The notes beneath the pieces were generated by a model, which was given only the letters and a program-made list of their open reading frames with translations, did not search any database and had not been told where the DNA came from. Below, piece by piece: positions 1-7,082 of a stretch of 13,932 bases of DNA. The stretch is taken from the UHGV virus genome UHGV-0136738; one strand, 5' to 3'. The stretch is from a virus. The translations under genes were made by a program, and so were the position numbers. How positions within the stretch are numbered: position 1 is the first letter of the stretch; the number at the start of each line of letters is the position of its first letter.

Positions 1-186
1 AATACTTCGGGGGTTGTAGGCGTACATTTTAACCGTTCGAGAGGTAAATGGGTCGCCGTTATCTACGACAATCGTAAGCTCGTTTTCTTAGGGCACTTTT
101 CGGATTTCGAAGACGCTGTTGCCGTCAGGAAAGCGGCGGAAATAAGATATAATTACCACGAAAACCACGGATCAGAAAAACCATGA
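1..186 (+). CDS. HNH homing endonuclease, C-terminal AP2-type DNA-binding domain (5'-truncated by window edge)
   Basis: Frame 1 is open from base 1 to TGA at 184..186. Translation NTSGVVGVHFNRSRGKWVAVIYDNRKLVFLGHFSDFEDAVAVRKAAEIRYNYHENHG matches the AP2 pattern recalled from phage HNH endonucleases (G-V-x-[FW]-x-[RK]-x-x-GKW-x-A-x-I, then LG-x-F-x-x-x-E-x-A-x-x-[AR]-[KR]). The N-terminal HNH part lies outside the window. Confidence 0.65.
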   Translation, partial: NTSGVVGVHFNRSRGKWVAVIYDNRKLVFLGHFSDFEDAVAVRKAAEIRYNYHENHGSEKP

Positions 187-320
187 ACATCGTAGCCCCA
201 ATCCCCGCTTTACAGAAACGTATCAAGGAACTCGAAGAGGAAGTGTTAAGACTACGCCAGCAAAGAGACGCCGCTAACGCGCAACTGGCGTTTATACTGG
301 AGAAATTATCAGAAGAGTAG
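183..320 (+). CDS. hypothetical small protein (45 aa, predicted coiled-coil)
   Basis: ATG at 183 overlaps the upstream TGA as ATGA; stop TAG at 318..320. Translation MNIVAPIPALQKRIKELEEEVLRLRQQRDAANAQLAFILEKLSEE is heptad-like and charged. Below the 60-aa cutoff of the ORF track and followed directly by a terminator hairpin. Confidence 0.35.
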   Translation: MNIVAPIPALQKRIKELEEEVLRLRQQRDAANAQLAFILEKLSEE

Positions 321-324
321 AGAA

Positions 325-344
325 AAGGCCCCGTTTGGGGCCTT
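325..344. terminator. Rho-independent terminator hairpin, probably bidirectional
   Basis: Perfect 8-bp GC-rich stem aaggcccc / ggggcctt with loop gttt, followed by atgttttatg on the plus strand and by a T-run on the minus strand (complement of agagaaaa). Sits between the plus-strand ORF ending at 320 and the minus-strand tailspike gene ending at 350. Confidence 0.6.
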
Positions 345-349
345 ATGTT

Positions 350-2242
350 TTATGTCATACGGTAGTGCACCCAAGAAGATATAGCAACACCAACCGGAGT
401 TGGGCGTGTAACGTTTATATTGCTACCTGAAATATACGCTCTGTCAGCGCTAGCAGCGGAATCGTTGGCATACGCGGTGCATATATATGTCTCAGGACCC
501 TTATTAGATATAGTGACTGTCCCACTCCCTCCGCCGGATGCAATAGGAACCTCTATAATTCCGTCTGTATTAACACCGGTATTGCCGACGTAGGTATTCA
601 CCGCAGATTTAATAGCATCTGTTATTGACGTTAGCGTGTTATTACGTATAGTCAGATTGCCGCTAGATTGCAGGTAAAGCGCGGCCCCTAAGATACACCC
701 ACTAACTACACTCCCCGAGGTATTGCTGTAAAAAGCAATAGCGAAGGTATTAACGCCGCCACCAGTCGCTATAGTGCAATCCTTAATCGCCATCTTACCA
801 GCACCTGGCCCTATATTTATCCCGATGTTATTGTTGGTTGCATTTGAGTTCTCCGCGTTTATGTGGAGGCCTTGTAGCAGTTTATGCTGTTGCGCGGACG
901 ACATATTCGGGAACGTGACACCGAAGAATTGGTTAGTACCACTACCATCAGCGGCTATCCATGAGTTTACTAAGCTAAATCCACCATTTACGTTTTGAAC
1001 AACAACACCAGAATCCTGGCAATAATCCAGGTCCAAATTTGATAGATGGATATCGAGGCCGTCGTCGATGTACACCCCGTGTTGGAAGCGTATACACATC
1101 GTTTCGCCATTTACAATAATGGCTTCTGAGCGCACTGGGTTCGACCCATTCCACGTGTAGGTAGTTGGTTGAATACGAATGCCGAAACTATTAGAAACAG
1201 GGCCGCCGTCTCTACTAAAATGACAGCCACTAACCAATACACTGACACATTGGCCGAGTAAATGCAGCCCGATTCGACATGTACCCGCCTGACATGCTAT
1301 AAACTGGGAGTGCCACAAGCCTTGCATAAGATACGCCGTGTCTACCTCATTAACAGAAACGTGGTCAAACTTCCAACCGTACACTTGACGAATTACAGAG
1401 TCGGTAGAAGACAGATTAGTGTCAATACCGTTACATGAGTTATTGCCGGTGATTGATATGTCTTTTAAGTACCTGCCTATAGTATTTGAATCGTAGGCCA
1501 GGCGGAGTACCGCCCCCGTAAGAGTACTTTTTGCTCTAATTTGGGACCCTCTTCCATCCCCGCGGATATTAACTCCAGACGGAACCGTAACGGTGCTTCC
1601 GACATAGTAACCAACAGCATATTTACTAGCAGGTATGTAAACCTCCACACCATTAGGAAACGCCGCAGATACGGCATCGAAGCACGCCTGAAACGCGGCT
1701 GAGTTATCTGTGACCCCGTCGTCCACAACACCAAAATCAAGAACGCTTATGATGTCAGCGTTCTTTTCGTGCTGGCTTCTCGGTGACGAGTCGGTGATGT
1801 CCAGTTTAACCGCAACAAGGGCGTCCCCCATTAGTATGTCAGAGCTATCAGCCAAATTTTCCCGTAAATCCGGGTCAGTTTGCGGCTTCCAGTCGGCGCT
1901 GCCAACCGGATTAAAACTGGCAGGGACCACAACTGGCAGCGTACCAGCGTATGAGTACCACGTCTGGCTAACCGGGTCGTAAACCACTTTGTCGCGGTCA
2001 TTAACTGTCAACGTACCGCCGGTGGAAAAGTCCCATGACACCGGAGAAAAACCTGCGTCGCGTAACACCGCCGGAAGCGTCTTCTGTGTCTGGCCCGTAA
2101 CAGCGTTGGTCGCATAATCGATATCTGCACCGCCAGCGACGCCACCGGACTTACCAGTAATAACCTCGGCTTCAAAAATCTGGTGTTTCTTGGCGGTCTG
2201 TAAATCCGCCAGGCTTAAAACGTCACCACATCCGCTTGACAT
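350..2242 (-). CDS. tailspike / tail fibre protein with pectate-lyase-like right-handed beta-helix (putative polysaccharide depolymerase)
   Basis: 630-aa ORF with ATG at 2242 and SD AAGAGGA about 7 nt upstream. Residues about 165-190, ISVLDFGVVDDGVTDNSAAFQACFDAV, match the signature recalled for pectate-lyase-superfamily beta-helix tailspikes (DFGAxGDGxTDDTxAxQxA). The rest is rich in G/N/S/T-x-V/I repeats typical of beta-helix rungs. It is the last gene of the tail module. Confidence 0.8.
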   Translation of the reverse strand: MSSGCGDVLSLADLQTAKKHQIFEAEVITGKSGGVAGGADIDYATNAVTGQTQKTLPAVLRDAGFSPVSWDFSTGGTLTVNDRDKVVYDPVSQTWYSYAGTLPVVVPASFNPVGSADWKPQTDPDLRENLADSSDILMGDALVAVKLDITDSSPRSQHEKNADIISVLDFGVVDDGVTDNSAAFQACFDAVSAAFPNGVEVYIPASKYAVGYYVGSTVTVPSGVNIRGDGRGSQIRAKSTLTGAVLRLAYDSNTIGRYLKDISITGNNSCNGIDTNLSSTDSVIRQVYGWKFDHVSVNEVDTAYLMQGLWHSQFIACQAGTCRIGLHLLGQCVSVLVSGCHFSRDGGPVSNSFGIRIQPTTYTWNGSNPVRSEAIIVNGETMCIRFQHGVYIDDGLDIHLSNLDLDYCQDSGVVVQNVNGGFSLVNSWIAADGSGTNQFFGVTFPNMSSAQQHKLLQGLHINAENSNATNNNIGINIGPGAGKMAIKDCTIATGGGVNTFAIAFYSNTSGSVVSGCILGAALYLQSSGNLTIRNNTLTSITDAIKSAVNTYVGNTGVNTDGIIEVPIASGGGSGTVTISNKGPETYICTAYANDSAASADRAYISGSNINVTRPTPVGVAISSWVHYRMT

Positions 2243-2254
2243 ATAGAGTCCTCT

Positions 2255-4810
2255 TTAATAAAAACCGTTGCTGAATCCGTCGGAGAAACCGCGACCGAAA
2301 GGCGCGACGCCGTCGTATTTATAGAAACCTTCATCATAGTTGTAGCCCGTAATCTTAACCGTGCGGTCGTCGCCTGGGTCGATTGAAGAGACAACTATCC
2401 TCTGAGCATTATGCCTTGCTTCGTTGCCGAATGAAAACTCAGTTTTTAGTGCACTATTCCCGGTGTAAATGGCTTCCTCTGGTGCGGATAGCATAACCAC
2501 CTCGCGGTCGTGGCCTCCTTTGATAACAGAAATACTCTGTACCGAGCCGTCGCGCTTCTTGAGGATGATTGAGTGGTCGTCCCCTGGGGTGAACGTAACA
2601 GGCTGTGACAGAGTTAGCGTAAGCCCATTAACGGCAACAACATAACCATCCTGAGGCGCGATACGTGAACCTTTAACCACGCTGATTACACCACCCGGTG
2701 TAGCGAGTGCACCCTCTTCGGTAGCTTCGAACTCTACGACAACTTTACTTAACGCGTTGCGCTGGTAGCGACGCCACGCCAGCCAATATGCCTGCTGATA
2801 GTTACGTACGCCCTTCGATTCATATTCCTCGGTGTTTGCTCCGAGTTCTTCCGGGATATAAATCGTTTCCTGTACGTTAGTATCCGGGTCGATGTATGAG
2901 AACGACAGGCTATCATAGGTTGTCGAATCGTTGAACGTGCGCGTCCATTTCTCTGTACCAGTAGTTTTGCTGCGGTGAGTGAACACCATCTCAGGCCCTG
3001 CGACCGGGCGGTCGAAGCGCAGCATAATATCCGCACCTTTACGGTACGCAGTACAGAACACGGCTTCCGCTATGGTCTGAACGATGTCCTGCATGGTTGT
3101 GTCGTAATCGTCGAACGTGTAACAGAATTGCCCGGCTAACTCACTGCCGAAATAGGATTCAATCTCTTCCTGCACAGCGAGTAACTTGTCCATGTTTGCC
3201 GTCGTCAGTTGCAGATTGCCTACTGCGGGGTCGCGGGATAGTCTGATTAGCGACTGAACCGCCTGTGTATTAGGCGTCATTACTGTATCGAATACCCCAT
3301 TGCCGAGGTATTTGTAACACATCTCTGTCGCAATCATGCGTAGTTCCGGGTTGTCGATACTGGCGGCACGCGGCGTCTGTTTGCGGGCACAATGTACGGT
3401 AGTTCGGTTTCCGTAGTGCGGGGTGGTGTCCAGTGACTGACCGTACAGGTTGATGAATGTTATCTCGTCGCTTACCGTTCCGTCGTAGTCCTTATCGAAA
3501 TTCGTTATGCGGCGCATACGGGCGCGGAAACGGGACGCGGTCGGCAATTGCCCGTAAATAGATGTGCCAGCGTAATCGGTGCTATTGCCCGTAATTGTAG
3601 CCCGTACCGTGTAAATGTCGCTCAAAGGGTTGCGTTGAGAGTCAATCATCTGGTACTGGAGTTCTACGGTTACGCTGGTGCGGTTATATCCTCCGTCGTA
3701 TTTGTAGAGGCCGTTCTGCCCAGCTACGTTAACTAGCACACGGTCAACTTCTCCGCGTACCATGTAATACCAGTCGGTCAGGGATACATCATAGGTGTTG
3801 CTAGGGCCGATAAACGTATCTGAACGCTCTGTTAACGTGTACGTCTGCCCGCTAGTCAACGCCGCCCAGTTAGAAGCTCCGTTTACCGCTAATCTTACTT
3901 CGAAGTCGTCAACGTATAAAACCTCAAACGAGCCATTCAGGTTAGTGACATCAGCGACGTCAAAGTTGCTCAGCACCGCGACATCACCAACGCTAAGAAA
4001 TTCAGAAAAAGCAGAGTCACCTGACGGGTCATAGATGTAGCCGGTGTTTGAAATACGTTTAGCTGTACCGTCGGCGCTTGGGTTAGCTCCGATGTCGTTT
4101 GGCGCTTTCAGTACAATACCGTCAACGTCGTCGTTGGAGTATGTAACGTAGAGTTTCTGGTCAATGACGTCGCCGATTTGTAGTTGCGGTGAAGCGGTGT
4201 TGTTCGGAGAAGTATACGGCGCATACACGGCAACAGAGGAACCGGTGATGTCGCTTATCAGGGTGTCCCCCTCCGTGACACCATCAGCCTCGATATGCAG
4301 ATGCCCGCGACCAGCGTCATAGTATGAATACTCCAGCAAAGCACCAGTGGAGTTGAACGCTTTATACGTCTGCATCAGGTCGTTAGGGATTGTCTGCACA
4401 GTCCCGCAGATGTCGTAAGAGCGCTCGTACGGGCGAGGCTTGTTTGAGCGGTCTGTGAGGCTGTTATTCGGAGATGTTGTCTGGTTATTTGTTGCCGTGT
4501 AGTTGGCGTTAGCAGACATGTTAAGACCGAACAGTTTGGCGATAGGCTTGAGGATAAAGCCAAATACCTTACTAACCGCGCTAAGCGCGCCACTACCGGC
4601 GCCCTCAATAATATGGTAAACAGCTTCTTCATCTTTAAGTGCGTCGAAGTCGTCTGTTACGTCAGTATCATCGCCGATTTCACCGAGGTAGACGCGCACG
4701 GGCACACCGTCCGGGATACGGTTAACGACAAACTCCATCGGCATCCCGACGTGTTTTGTACGGTCGAAAGCGCCTTCAGCGTTTCGCGTGTAATGCAGGA
4801 TTATCGCCAA
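2255..4810 (-). CDS. large tail-tip / host-specificity protein (gpJ-like position), putative
   Basis: 851-aa ORF directly upstream of the tailspike and downstream of the NlpC/P60-like gene, the position held by the central fibre/host-specificity protein in lambda- and GTA-like tail modules. Start is ambiguous: TTG at 4810 with GGAG 8 nt upstream, or the first ATG at 4744. No catalytic motif recognised. Confidence 0.5.
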   Translation of the reverse strand: MAIILHYTRNAEGAFDRTKHVGMPMEFVVNRIPDGVPVRVYLGEIGDDTDVTDDFDALKDEEAVYHIIEGAGSGALSAVSKVFGFILKPIAKLFGLNMSANANYTATNNQTTSPNNSLTDRSNKPRPYERSYDICGTVQTIPNDLMQTYKAFNSTGALLEYSYYDAGRGHLHIEADGVTEGDTLISDITGSSVAVYAPYTSPNNTASPQLQIGDVIDQKLYVTYSNDDVDGIVLKAPNDIGANPSADGTAKRISNTGYIYDPSGDSAFSEFLSVGDVAVLSNFDVADVTNLNGSFEVLYVDDFEVRLAVNGASNWAALTSGQTYTLTERSDTFIGPSNTYDVSLTDWYYMVRGEVDRVLVNVAGQNGLYKYDGGYNRTSVTVELQYQMIDSQRNPLSDIYTVRATITGNSTDYAGTSIYGQLPTASRFRARMRRITNFDKDYDGTVSDEITFINLYGQSLDTTPHYGNRTTVHCARKQTPRAASIDNPELRMIATEMCYKYLGNGVFDTVMTPNTQAVQSLIRLSRDPAVGNLQLTTANMDKLLAVQEEIESYFGSELAGQFCYTFDDYDTTMQDIVQTIAEAVFCTAYRKGADIMLRFDRPVAGPEMVFTHRSKTTGTEKWTRTFNDSTTYDSLSFSYIDPDTNVQETIYIPEELGANTEEYESKGVRNYQQAYWLAWRRYQRNALSKVVVEFEATEEGALATPGGVISVVKGSRIAPQDGYVVAVNGLTLTLSQPVTFTPGDDHSIILKKRDGSVQSISVIKGGHDREVVMLSAPEEAIYTGNSALKTEFSFGNEARHNAQRIVVSSIDPGDDRTVKITGYNYDEGFYKYDGVAPFGRGFSDGFSNGFY

Positions 4811-5166
4811 AATTCAATCTCCGTGTACGTGTCTCTGAGGTCCGAAAGGCGGTCAAGACGCACCTGACGCGACGCCATCTCGCAATGACTTACCATACCA
4901 TCGAAATATACCCCTGCGTGCCACACGATACGCCCGCTACGACGATACCCGAGTAGCACAGCGCACATGTTTTCAGGCTTATCAATCTTCGTTAACCCTT
5001 TTGGGTCACTGTGGCCCTGCTCGAATGCTGCGTCTATCGCTGTTGGGCTGGTTACGTCGAAAGCGGGGGTTTCAAGCCCTGCGTCTGCGCGAACCATGCG
5101 GACATGCTGCCAGCAATTACGCTTACGGAAATCATACGGCAGCCCGGTATAATAGTTGATATTCAT
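4801..5166 (-). CDS. NlpC/P60-like small tail protein (gpK / GTA g14-like position), putative
   Basis: 121-aa ORF whose ATG overlaps the upstream stop as ATGA. It has a Cys near the N-terminus (RNCWQHV) and a downstream His-containing segment (VWHAGVYFDGMVSHC) resembling the Cys/His pattern of NlpC/P60 papain-like domains. Position matches the small peptidase gene of GTA-like tail tips. Confidence 0.45.
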   Translation of the reverse strand: MNINYYTGLPYDFRKRNCWQHVRMVRADAGLETPAFDVTSPTAIDAAFEQGHSDPKGLTKIDKPENMCAVLLGYRRSGRIVWHAGVYFDGMVSHCEMASRQVRLDRLSDLRDTYTEIEFWR

Positions 5167-5678
5167 GTTGTCAGAAGACCGCGAAGTAGTGGTATCTCTT
5201 TAGGTGTCATCAGTATACCAGTGCTTCGTTGGTTCAGCATAGGTGTACCTACATCCGCGGAGAACTCGCCCTTCTCCTGGTTGATTGCCTGCAACTCATA
5301 CACTACCGGACCATCTGCGGGGTACGACAGGTCGGTGCTGACGTAGCGCCGGGAGATGAACTTCGGCGACTCGGTATTACTCATCGGAATTTTGTCCATC
5401 TCATCATCCAGTTGATTGAGGATATCCGGGAGAGTAAACGTCGTCGTCTGGTCCATATCACTGTTGTTAGCAGCCCCCGACGCTTCCATCGGGGTAGGTT
5501 CAAACGTAATTGTTTCACCTGTCTCCAGTGTTGCCGTTAGTTCCTGTAGCCCGCGCACGAGATAATACGTCTTTGACAGCAACGGGTGGCTGATTTGCAG
5601 CGTGATGTAGTCCATTTCGCCGTCTGGGTTAGAGGCCAACTTACGGCGATAGGCTGCTTCTACTGATTCCTGGCTCAT
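5163..5678 (-). CDS. tail-tip protein, function unknown
   Basis: 171-aa ORF packed between the 466-aa and 121-aa tail genes with a 3-nt gap upstream and a 4-nt overlap downstream. Acidic protein; assignment is by synteny only. Confidence 0.45.
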   Translation of the reverse strand: MSQESVEAAYRRKLASNPDGEMDYITLQISHPLLSKTYYLVRGLQELTATLETGETITFEPTPMEASGAANNSDMDQTTTFTLPDILNQLDDEMDKIPMSNTESPKFISRRYVSTDLSYPADGPVVYELQAINQEKGEFSADVGTPMLNQRSTGILMTPKEIPLLRGLLTT

Positions 5679-5681
5679 AAG

Positions 5682-7082
5682 TTAACCGTCCACATTAAAG
5701 TCGATACGAGTGATATATTTACTACCCCACGCGGAGTCCGCCTGCGGGATAATGGCGTAGTTATCTACGGCGGGTACGTTTACGGTAGACCCATCGGAAT
5801 AGGTAATGTCGATACTTGTCGCGCCGTTCATGGTTACTTTTGCGGATGCCGTGGTCCGGGTCACAGATGAAGAACCAGTTACTATCGGGGACGTGGCATG
5901 GCCTGATGGTTCCATTTGTATCAACGCGATATTGAACCCGCTGACACCATCCCCCGTGAAGGTGAGGGAGTTAGACGACGACAACATGTTTATCTGCGAA
6001 TAAATCAATCCGCCAGAGTCGTTAGTGTCCGCGGACATTGAAACGTGATACCACCCACCACCGAGATTACTTACAAACGACCTTGAGGTGTCGCCTGATA
6101 TCAAATCACCAGAGGCTAAGTCAACATAGGCATACTGGAAATTATCTAAAGCGGCTGGGTTGCCGATGGTTACCGCTGCTGACTGGTACTCATCTGCTTT
6201 CATAATAGCACTAATAGAGTATCTTGTTTCTTGTTCTGGGGCCTCTGGCTGGTTTATATAGTGGCTCCCTGATACCGACGTTGCGGCTAATTTAGCGGCG
6301 TAAGTTTCTTGGAATAACATCAAAGAACTCGCCGTGGTTGTTGTTCTGGTGCGTGAAAATGATGTAGATAGTAAGTTGTTAGAGTGTTCTACCACGTTGG
6401 TTGAAGCGCTTTCCGGCGGCACACGCCCAACAGCAACCCCATCGATAAACGTAAGGGGCCATTCATCGGCAGCGGACGGCACAAGATTGCCGTTTCGGTT
6501 GATGTAGTAAACCTGCGGCCCGTCATACACAATGCGGTTATCTAGTGTAGACGCCAGAAGGTTAATCGGTGGATAACCCGCGGGACCTTCGTTACTCCAG
6601 ATGCGGGGGAACGTAGTTTCGTAGTTCGCGTATATCTTAAGGAAACTGCCCAGACAGTCGCCGTAGCAACCATACAAATCCGGCAGATTGTTAATCAGGC
6701 ACTGGTTCTCAAGGTCCTGGAACGGCGATTTCTCAGCGGTTGCCGTGAAAGTAATCGTCCAGTTAATGCCATCTTCGGTGGACTCCGCGATGGTTGACGT
6801 AATGGTTACCTGGTAATCCTCGATACCCATGCCGAAGTCGTGCGCCATCCAGAAACTGGACGCGCCGCCGTCTACTTTCTCAAGAAACGCGAGGAAAGTC
6901 TGTCGTCCAAGCGCGGAGGTGATAAGCGTCACACTGACAGGGAACACGTCATAATAGGTGTCACGCCCCTGACGGACGCCACCACCCGCTAAATCAACAC
7001 TCCAGACGTTGTTACGTCTGGTCATCGAGTAGCCTTTCGACACAATAGGCTTAAGGCTACGTGGAAAAAATAAGTCACCCAT
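5682..7082 (-). CDS. minor tail protein (distal tail protein position), putative
   Basis: 466-aa ORF whose ATG at 7082..7080 overlaps the TMP stop codon as TAATG, indicating translational coupling. It is the first gene after the tape measure, where the distal tail or minor tail protein usually sits. Confidence 0.5.
   Translation of the reverse strand: MGDLFFPRSLKPIVSKGYSMTRRNNVWSVDLAGGGVRQGRDTYYDVFPVSVTLITSALGRQTFLAFLEKVDGGASSFWMAHDFGMGIEDYQVTITSTIAESTEDGINWTITFTATAEKSPFQDLENQCLINNLPDLYGCYGDCLGSFLKIYANYETTFPRIWSNEGPAGYPPINLLASTLDNRIVYDGPQVYYINRNGNLVPSAADEWPLTFIDGVAVGRVPPESASTNVVEHSNNLLSTSFSRTRTTTTASSLMLFQETYAAKLAATSVSGSHYINQPEAPEQETRYSISAIMKADEYQSAAVTIGNPAALDNFQYAYVDLASGDLISGDTSRSFVSNLGGGWYHVSMSADTNDSGGLIYSQINMLSSSNSLTFTGDGVSGFNIALIQMEPSGHATSPIVTGSSSVTRTTASAKVTMNGATSIDITYSDGSTVNVPAVDNYAIIPQADSAWGSKYITRIDFNVDG

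Noticed and set aside
774-1982. Short ORFs nested in or antisense to the tailspike gene (774..998, 1477..1740, 1710..1982)
   Set aside because: They lie entirely within the 630-aa beta-helix ORF and have low-complexity translations. This is typical of spurious frames in a long coding region.
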